Assembly (NCBI GenBank): GCA_030752605.1
Contig: JASMDX010000064.1
Span: forward strand, 1-64,000
Direction of reading: 5' to 3'
Source of the DNA: Alphaproteobacteria bacterium
Lineage (GTDB): Bacteria > Pseudomonadota > Alphaproteobacteria > GCA-2731375
Length of the DNA: 64,000 nucleotides
How positions within the stretch are numbered: the stretch's first letter is position 1; every line of letters starts with the position of its first letter. Below, piece by piece: positions 19,131-26,892 of the stretch. Both the position numbers and the translations under genes were made by a program. Under the pieces are notes generated by a model that did not search any database, was not told the origin of the DNA, and saw only the letters and a list, made by a program, of their open reading frames with translations.

Positions 19131-20167
19131 TGGGCGAATTTTCCCAACAGACGCCAATCAATATCATCACCGGCTTTCTGGGCAGCGGCAAGACGACGCT
19201 GCTGAAGGGCCTGTTGACGGCCCCGAACCTGACCGACACGGCGGTGCTGATCAACGAGTTCGGCACCGTGGGTCTGGACCACGAATTGGTGCAAAACGTC
19301 ACCGAAAGTACGCTATTACTGGATAACGGCTGTCTCTGCTGCGCCATTCGCGGTGACCTGCAAGGCGCCCTGCGTGATCTGCTGTCGCGGCGGCAAAGCG
19401 GCCAGGTGCCGCATTTCAAGCGCGTGGTCATCGAAACATCGGGCCTGGCCGATCCCGCCCCCATTGCCTACACCCTATTGGCGGAGCCGGTGTTGCAGCA
19501 TCATTTTCGCCTGGGCGGTATCATCACAACGGTGGATGCGGTCAACGGCGGAGAGCAGCTACGGCGCTTTCCCGAATCCGTGAAACAGGTCGCCATGGCC
19601 GACCGCCTGATCGTCACCAAGACCGACCTGGCAGAACCGGAACAAATCGGCGTTCTGCATGGTAGCCTGCGGCGTCTGAACAAATCCGCCCAGATCATCG
19701 AAGTGGCGGAAGGCGAGATCCAGCCGGCGGCACTATTGACCGACGACATGTATGACGACGAAGGCCGTAGCCGGGAGATTGAACACTGGCTCGCTGCCGA
19801 GGCTGGTGCGGACGCCCTTGCCCATGATCATGCCGACGACATCCATTCCTTTGCCCTGAGCTATCCCGCGCCACTGGACTGGAGCGCATTCAGCATCTGG
19901 ATGAGTATGCTGTTGCACCGCCACGGAAACAATGTCCTGCGCATCAAGGGCTTACTGAATGTCGCGGGCGTGCCCACACCGGTGCTGATCAATGGCGTGC
20001 AGCATATCGTGCATCCGCCGTCCCATCTGCCCGCCTGGCCCTCCGAAAACCGGCAATCACGCATTATTTTCATTGTCCGGGGTATGGACAGAGTGGCAAT
20101 CAAGACCTCGTTGGCTGTCTTCAACAAGCTCGCCAATCCGGACGTGGCGCCGGGACGCGCCGCCTAG
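19131..20167 (+). CDS. CobW/COG0523-family GTPase (putative zinc metallochaperone)
   Basis: The P-loop INIITGFLGSGKTTLL, the CxCC motif CLCCAIRGD and the C-terminal CobW_C domain are present. The start is a GTG at 19131, 4 nt after the previous stop. Confidence 0.8.
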
Positions 20168-20173
20168 GACTGC

Positions 20174-21724
20174 TTAGACAATTCGGCTGTTCGCCTTGCC
20201 CCAATAGCGGTCCTTCAACAAGCGCTTGTATAGCTTGCCGGTTTCAAGCCGAGGCAGTTTGGCTTCGAAGTCGATGGAGCGCGGCACCTTGTAATTCGCC
20301 AGATGCTCGCTGGCATAGCCGGAAATCTCAGCCGCCAGGTCATCAGAAGGCGCAATGCCGGGCGCCGGCTGCACCACCGCCTTGACCTCTTCGCCAAAGT
20401 CTGGGTTCGGCACGCCAAAGACGGCGACGTCAGCGACTTTCGGATGCATGACGATGCAATCCTCTATCTCCTGTGGATAGATATTCACGCCACCGGAAAT
20501 AATCATGAAGCTTTCCCGGTCGGTCAGATACAAAAAGCCATCCTCGTCCAGATAACCCACATCGCCCAGCTTGGTCCAAAGCGGATGCTTGGGGTGCTTC
20601 GCTGCTTCGGTTTTCTCCGGGTCGCCGTGATACTGGAATGGCATCTCATCACGCTCGAAGTAGATGGTCCCCGTCTCGCCTATCGGCAACTCGTCACCAG
20701 CCTCGTCACAAATGTGCAGAACGCCCAATATGGAACTGCCGACGCTGCCGGGATGAGCCAGCCATTGATCGCTGTTGCAAACGGTCATGCCGTTGATTTC
20801 GGTGCCGCCATAATATTCCCAGATAATTGGTCCCCACCAGTCAATCATCTGATGCTTTACATCGATCGGACAGGGTGCTGCGGCATGAATGGCAATCTGG
20901 TGGCTCGAAAAATCATGGCCGGCCCGCTCTGCCTCATCCAGTTTCAACATGCGGATGAACATGGTCGGCACCCACTGGCTGTGGGTTACCCGGTACTTTT
21001 CGATCAGGCGCAGGGATTCGACGGCATCGAATGTCTCCATGACCACGTTCGTTCCGCCAAGGCTGTGCACGGCGGCGGTAAAGCCCAGAGGCGCCGCGTG
21101 ATAAAGCGGCGCGGGCGAGAGATAAATCGTATCCGGACCAATGCTGTAGAGCTGTTGGACAAGGCCATCAAGCATGGACGGATCGACAAATGGTCCGTCG
21201 CTCAACGGGCGTTTGATACCTTTCGGCCGGCCAGTGGTGCCGGAAGAATAATTCATGAAGTCGCCGCGCGGCTCCCCCGCCATTGGTTCAGCCGACTGCT
21301 TGGCGATTTCATCCTCATAGCATTCGAAGCCCGCCACCGTGCCATCGACCATGAGACGGACGGGACAATCGTTCAGGGTAGGTAGTACCCCTTCGGCAAC
21401 GGCGGCCACGCCGGCGGAGGTAACCAGGGCCTTGGAGCCCGAATCGTTGAGGATATAAGTGACCTCCTCGGCGGTCAGAAACTTGTTCACGGCACAGACA
21501 TACATGCCCGAGCGCACCGCGGCCCAGAACACTTCATGGTAGCGGATATTATTTTCCATGAACAGCGCAACAACATCGCCGGGCCGCAGGCCCACCGCAT
21601 GCAGATAATGGGACAGGCGAATACTTCTCTCGTTCAACTGGCCATAGGTCAGACTTTTCCCCGACCCGGCCATGATGGTGGCGATCTTGTCAGGGGCCGC
21701 GGCGGCATGATCGACGATGGGCAT
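20174..21724 (-). CDS. long-chain-fatty-acid-CoA ligase (FadD-like, AMP-binding)
   Basis: The motifs YSSGTTGRPKG, YGGTE and the terminal KLPRLETGKLYKRLLKD are present. The product is 516 aa. Confidence 0.8.
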   Translation of the reverse strand: MPIVDHAAAAPDKIATIMAGSGKSLTYGQLNERSIRLSHYLHAVGLRPGDVVALFMENNIRYHEVFWAAVRSGMYVCAVNKFLTAEEVTYILNDSGSKALVTSAGVAAVAEGVLPTLNDCPVRLMVDGTVAGFECYEDEIAKQSAEPMAGEPRGDFMNYSSGTTGRPKGIKRPLSDGPFVDPSMLDGLVQQLYSIGPDTIYLSPAPLYHAAPLGFTAAVHSLGGTNVVMETFDAVESLRLIEKYRVTHSQWVPTMFIRMLKLDEAERAGHDFSSHQIAIHAAAPCPIDVKHQMIDWWGPIIWEYYGGTEINGMTVCNSDQWLAHPGSVGSSILGVLHICDEAGDELPIGETGTIYFERDEMPFQYHGDPEKTEAAKHPKHPLWTKLGDVGYLDEDGFLYLTDRESFMIISGGVNIYPQEIEDCIVMHPKVADVAVFGVPNPDFGEEVKAVVQPAPGIAPSDDLAAEISGYASEHLANYKVPRSIDFEAKLPRLETGKLYKRLLKDRYWGKANSRIV

Positions 21725-21769
21725 CTTCTACTCCTACAAATTACAGCCGCGGCGCTGGACCAAGCGGCC

Positions 21770-22288
21770 CTAGTCCGATAATGCGCCACGTTGCGGCGGC
21801 GCGCGGCGCGTGGTCCAGCCATCGCGGAAGGCGCGCACCACGTGGTGCAGGAGATAAAACAGGATTGCCAGGATCACCATCACGATGATGGCCAGCAAAT
21901 GCCCGCCAAATTCCCCACCGATAATGGTGCCGCGGTTAACCAGGTGCTCCCCCAGCATGGCTACGGCCTGCAAGGTGCCGCCGGCGCAAAAGATCACCGC
22001 CACCAGGATTGCCACCTGCAAACTGTCAAACACCAGAACTTCCACGCTCGAGGCGCCACCCTCGCGCCCAAACTGGTTGCGGAAGCTCTGCCAATGGGAA
22101 ATGACGTAGCCAATAATGCCCACCAGGGATGCGAACCAAAACACCACGTTGGAGAAATGGATCTGTGGAATATGGGCCACCAGATAGATTTCAAACGGTT
22201 TATAAAAATACAGAAAGATCAGCAAAATGATGATCGCGATCAAGCTGATCCATAATTTTGGCCTCCGCGCTGTTGTATCTTCCGCCAT
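21770..22288 (-). CDS. small polytopic membrane protein of unknown function (paralog of 42538..43020)
   Basis: It has four predicted hydrophobic helices. The shared N-terminal motif is LLIFLYFYKPFE. It lies 45 nt upstream of the fadD-like gene on the same strand. Confidence 0.5.
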   Translation of the reverse strand: MAEDTTARRPKLWISLIAIIILLIFLYFYKPFEIYLVAHIPQIHFSNVVFWFASLVGIIGYVISHWQSFRNQFGREGGASSVEVLVFDSLQVAILVAVIFCAGGTLQAVAMLGEHLVNRGTIIGGEFGGHLLAIIVMVILAILFYLLHHVVRAFRDGWTTRRAPPQRGALSD

Positions 22289-22513
22289 TTCGCCTCAACC
22301 CAGCTCTGCTTTGTCGATCGTTCTTATACTGCAGAATGGTACCCGAAACGGTTCCTTTGTCAAAATAGTCAAATCACCCACCAGATAGTGGCGGGAACAA
22401 GTTGACCGCAGGCAATGGCACGCTAACATGCAGGATCGAAATTTGGCGGATTTGGAGGAAGAATTCGCTAGGTATTTTGTATAGAGTAGGGGCCATAAAA
22501 ATGGGGAGGCAGA

Positions 22514-24574
22514 ATGAGTAGTCGGTTAGGCGTGGATGTCGGTGGCACCTTCACTGACCTGTTGCTGTTCAATGAACAGAACAGCGAATTGCGCCTGTTG
22601 AAAACACCGTCAACGCCCCAGGACCAATCCATCGGCATCATGAACGGTATTTCGCAATTGATCGCCGACACCGGCATCGCCGCCCCGGAAATCAATGCGC
22701 TGCTGCATGGCACCACCATCTCCACCAATACTGTGCTGGAGGAAAAAGGCGCCAAGGTCGGCCTGCTGGTAACCAAGGATTTTGAACAGGTGCTGCATCT
22801 GGCCCGCTCCCAAACCCCCGGGCCCCTGGCCGGCTGGATGATCATGGAGAAGCCCGATCCCTTGGCCGATCTAGAACTGACACGCGGCATACCGGAACGG
22901 ATCAGCGCCCATGGCGATGTGCTCACACCCCTGGACGAGGCCGCAGCGCGCGAAGCGGTACGCGAATTAATAGATGCCGGTGTTGAATCCATAACCGTAT
23001 CGCTGCTGCATTCCTATGCCAACCCGGACCATGAACGCCGCCTGCGCACGATTATCGATGAGACTGCGCCCGATATCCCGATTTCGCTATCATCCGATAT
23101 CCTGCCGGAATTCCGTGAGTACGAACGCACTCTAGTGACGGTGATGAACGCCTACGTGGGTCCATCCATGCAGCGCTATCTGGCCAGTTTCGAGGAGAAG
23201 CTGAAGACCATTCAGTTCTCGCCACACGTCAATATTGTCCGCTCGGACGGCGGTTTAATGTCCGTGATGCGAGCCTCTGATTCGCCTGTACACACCATGC
23301 TCTCGGGGCCTGCGGGTGGCGTATCCGGCGCTGCCTATGTCGCCACCCTGGCGGGACATGGAAATGCCCTAGGCTTCGACATGGGCGGCACCTCGACCGA
23401 TGTCTCGTTGATCCAGAACGGCGAACCGTTGATTTCGCGGCAGACCTCGTTGGGCCACTATCCCATTAAGATCCCCTCGGTGGAGGTTCATTCGGTCGGA
23501 GCCGGTGGTGGTTCCATCGCCCATGTGCCCATGACCGGCGCGCTTCGTGTGGGACCGGAGAGCGCGGGTGCCGCGCCTGGCCCGGCCTGTTACGGACGCG
23601 GCGGCGAACAGCCCACGGTGACCGATGCCAACTTGCTGTTGGGCCGCCTGCCGCCGCAGTTGCTGGACGGCCGCATGGTCCTGGATATCAAGGCAGCGGA
23701 GGAAGTGGTGGGCAAGATCGCCCGTGCCCTGGGTTTGGATTTGCATCAGGCGGCCAAGGGTATTCTTGATATCGTCAATGAAAACATGTTTGGCGCCCTG
23801 CGCCTGGTCAGTGTGCAAAAGGGCCTAGACCCGCGCGATTTCGCGCTGATAGCGTTCGGCGGCGCGGGGCCCTTGCACGGCAACGCTATGGCGATTCTGG
23901 GCAATTGTTATCCGGTTATCGTACCGCCCACACCCGGCGTGCTGTCAGCGCTTGGTTTTCTCTATTCCGATGTAAAGAATGAATTCGCGCAAACCTATGT
24001 ACGCAATATCTCGGACGTGGATGGCAACCAGTTGGGCGAGATCTATGACCGCCTGGGACGGGAGGCGCGCGGCTGGCTGCGCGAGGAAGGCATCGACGAT
24101 CAACGCCAGGAGCTAAACTTCCAGGCCGATGTGCGCTATTTCCGCCAGGGCTATGAATTTGCCCTGCAAGTCAATCCCGACAGCTTGAGCAACGGCGGCT
24201 TGTCGGATCTGGAGGCCCGCTTTGGCGATGCGCACGAGCGCCTTTACGGCTTCCGACTGGAACAGCCGGTGGAATTGGTCAATTTGCGCGCGGTCGGCAC
24301 CGGCGGGGTGGAAAAGGTGCATCTGCCAAGCTTTGACTTGGAAGGCGCGGACGCCTCGGCGGCGATGGTGGAGCAACACAGGGTTTATTTCGACGGCGGC
24401 TTCGTCAACGCCAATATCTATGACCGGAAATCGCTGCGTGCCGGTCACCGCATTACCGGACCGGCCGTTGTCACCCAGGCGGATGCCACGACTGTCATTC
24501 ATCCCGGCCATATCGCCACGGTTGATAGTTACCTGAATATTCTGATTTCACCCGAGGGTGGGCAACCGGCATGA
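22514..24574 (+). CDS. hyuA: hydantoinase/oxoprolinase A subunit (N-methylhydantoinase A, ATP-hydrolysing)
   Basis: The N-terminal motif is LGVDVGGTFTDL, and the product is 686 aa. Its stop overlaps the hyuB start (ATGA). Confidence 0.85.
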   Translation: MSSRLGVDVGGTFTDLLLFNEQNSELRLLKTPSTPQDQSIGIMNGISQLIADTGIAAPEINALLHGTTISTNTVLEEKGAKVGLLVTKDFEQVLHLARSQTPGPLAGWMIMEKPDPLADLELTRGIPERISAHGDVLTPLDEAAAREAVRELIDAGVESITVSLLHSYANPDHERRLRTIIDETAPDIPISLSSDILPEFREYERTLVTVMNAYVGPSMQRYLASFEEKLKTIQFSPHVNIVRSDGGLMSVMRASDSPVHTMLSGPAGGVSGAAYVATLAGHGNALGFDMGGTSTDVSLIQNGEPLISRQTSLGHYPIKIPSVEVHSVGAGGGSIAHVPMTGALRVGPESAGAAPGPACYGRGGEQPTVTDANLLLGRLPPQLLDGRMVLDIKAAEEVVGKIARALGLDLHQAAKGILDIVNENMFGALRLVSVQKGLDPRDFALIAFGGAGPLHGNAMAILGNCYPVIVPPTPGVLSALGFLYSDVKNEFAQTYVRNISDVDGNQLGEIYDRLGREARGWLREEGIDDQRQELNFQADVRYFRQGYEFALQVNPDSLSNGGLSDLEARFGDAHERLYGFRLEQPVELVNLRAVGTGGVEKVHLPSFDLEGADASAAMVEQHRVYFDGGFVNANIYDRKSLRAGHRITGPAVVTQADATTVIHPGHIATVDSYLNILISPEGGQPA

Positions 24575-26832
24575 ACGAGCAAAATCCAGAGCGCGGCCGG
24601 GTATCCCTCGACGATCTGTTGAAGGCCAACAAGGCGCAATTCGACAAAATCTTCGCCGACCAGATGCAGGCGAGCGGCTTGCTTTCGGTCGATCACCGGC
24701 CCGCCACCGCCGACGATCGCGCCTCCGCCAGTGTCGCCAGCACTCAGAGCGCGGATAACGTCACGGCACAATTAAACGCCCAGTATGGCAGCGGCTGGTC
24801 GTCGGAAATTCTGGAACATTCCGCCGAACGGGGCGGCGTTTCCGTCCTGGTCAAACTTACGGTCGGCGACGTTTCAAAAATGCAGTTTGGCACCGCGCGG
24901 GCCAATGGCGATAAAGGCAAGGCACTGCAACGGGCCACCGACGATGCCCTGGCGAAATGTTACGCCATGCTGGCGAACGGCGAGCCTGCAACCGAGGCCA
25001 CCGCCTCTGCGCAGAGGCCACGGCAGGCGCTTCACCCCGCCGACGTAGCCCAGCAACCGGCGCCGGTTGGTGACAAGCTGGATGGGGTTACCCTGGATCT
25101 GATCGAGAACGCCTTGCGCAACGCCCGTCACGAAATGGACGCGGTACTGTTCCGCTCAGCCATGTCGCCGGTGATCCGCGAGCAGCACGACGAATTTCCC
25201 ATGATCACCGATCCCAAGGGCCGCATGATCGTCGGGCAGTTCGGATCCTACGTACCAGCGATGTTGAAGACACAGAATTTCGACCTGGAACCGGGTGATG
25301 TGATCCTGCAAAGTGATCCGTTTCAGTGCGGCGGCGCCATTAGTCACATAAACGACTGGCTGATTCTGGTGCCTGTGTTCTTTCACGGCAACCTGGTCGG
25401 CTTCACCTCCATGTTTGGGCATATGATGGACGTGGGGGGTCCGGTACCGGGCTCCATGCCTACCGCCGCCACGTCGATCTTTGGCGAAGGTCTGCGCATT
25501 CCCCCAATCAAGCTGTACGAAGGCGGCGTGCTGAACCGTGCCGCCCTTGACCTGATCATGAATAATACCCGTACACCGGAGATGAACTATTCCGACCTGA
25601 TGGCCATTCTGGCTGGTTGCCGGGCCGGTGAAAAACGCGTCATCGAACTGTGTGAACGTTTCGGTGGGAACATCTATGCCGATGCCTGCGATGCCCTGTT
25701 GGAACGCACCGAGCGCGCCATGCGCCAGTTGATCGTGGCGAACCTACCGACCGAACCGCAGTCGTTCGAGGATTATGTGGACAGCGATGGTTGCGGCAAC
25801 GGCCCCTTCAAGATGAAGTTGACCGTTTGGCGCGAAGGTGAACATGCCTATTTCGATTGGACCGGGACCGCCGATCAAGCGCCTGGGCCCATCAACTTCT
25901 ACCTCCACGAAGGTATGTTCAAGATGTTCATCGGGGTCTACATGATCATGGTGTTCGACCCCCAGATCCTGTTCAACGACGGCTTCTACGATCTGATACA
26001 CGTCACCCTGCCCAAAGGTTCGTTGGTGCATCCAGATTTTCCGGCCTCGCTTGGCTGCCGCACCCATACATTATCGCGGCAGTTCGACGTCATGGGCGGT
26101 GCCTTGAGCCACAACGCGCCGGAGCTGGCGACGGCGGCAGGCTATGGCTCGAGCCCGCATTTCCTGTTTTCCGGCACGGATCTGGATGGCCGAGATTTTC
26201 AGTTGATGGAGATCCTTTACGGCGGCATTCCGGGTCGGCCTATCGGCGACGGCATGGACGGCCATTCCTGGTGGCCTCTGTTCGAGAACATCCCAACCGA
26301 ATATCTGGAAACCTATTACCCCATGGTGATCGAAAGCTATGGCAGTATCAAAGACACCGGGGGTGCGGGTTTGCACCGGGGCGGCAACGGGATTGAAAAA
26401 ATTTACCGGCTGCTGGCCGAGGGCGATGTCTCCATTCACGATGACCGTGATGTCAGCCAGCCTTGGGGTATTCTGGGCGGCAAGCCTGGTGCGGTATCGA
26501 AAAAATTCCTGATTCGCAAAGATGGCGAGAAGACGCCCCTGCCCGCGAAAATTGATAATGTGCGGGTCCGGCCTGGCGACCGTATTGTATTCTGCACCGC
26601 CGGTGGCGGCGGCTGGGGCGATCCGTTGGAGCGTGATCCGATTTGGGTGCGCAATGACGTGGCGCGAAAACTGGTCAGTATCGAGTTGGCGCACAGTGAT
26701 TATGGCGTGGTTCTGGAGGGGGCAGAGATTGTCGTTGACCACCGGGCCAGCCAGGATTTGCGCGAAGGTATGAGGCGAAACCGCAAAGCCTTGCCGATGT
26801 TTGATTTTGGTGACCGGCGTGGCAGTAAATAG
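24571..26832 (+). CDS. hyuB: hydantoinase B/oxoprolinase subunit with an unusual N-terminal extension of about 170 aa
   Basis: The canonical HyuB body starts near DGVTLDLIENALRNARHEMD. It is preceded in-frame by a low-complexity segment of about 170 aa rich in A, S, T and Q. Confidence 0.8.
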   Translation: MNEQNPERGRVSLDDLLKANKAQFDKIFADQMQASGLLSVDHRPATADDRASASVASTQSADNVTAQLNAQYGSGWSSEILEHSAERGGVSVLVKLTVGDVSKMQFGTARANGDKGKALQRATDDALAKCYAMLANGEPATEATASAQRPRQALHPADVAQQPAPVGDKLDGVTLDLIENALRNARHEMDAVLFRSAMSPVIREQHDEFPMITDPKGRMIVGQFGSYVPAMLKTQNFDLEPGDVILQSDPFQCGGAISHINDWLILVPVFFHGNLVGFTSMFGHMMDVGGPVPGSMPTAATSIFGEGLRIPPIKLYEGGVLNRAALDLIMNNTRTPEMNYSDLMAILAGCRAGEKRVIELCERFGGNIYADACDALLERTERAMRQLIVANLPTEPQSFEDYVDSDGCGNGPFKMKLTVWREGEHAYFDWTGTADQAPGPINFYLHEGMFKMFIGVYMIMVFDPQILFNDGFYDLIHVTLPKGSLVHPDFPASLGCRTHTLSRQFDVMGGALSHNAPELATAAGYGSSPHFLFSGTDLDGRDFQLMEILYGGIPGRPIGDGMDGHSWWPLFENIPTEYLETYYPMVIESYGSIKDTGGAGLHRGGNGIEKIYRLLAEGDVSIHDDRDVSQPWGILGGKPGAVSKKFLIRKDGEKTPLPAKIDNVRVRPGDRIVFCTAGGGGWGDPLERDPIWVRNDVARKLVSIELAHSDYGVVLEGAEIVVDHRASQDLREGMRRNRKALPMFDFGDRRGSK

Positions 26833-26892
26833 GCTAAGACAGCTAGACTGAATCGAAATTACGAACACTAAGAAAACAAGGGTGCTTGCACG

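Noticed and set aside
20303-21385. A 360-aa plus-strand ORF opposite the FadD-like gene
   Set aside because: It is an antisense shadow frame with no motifs.
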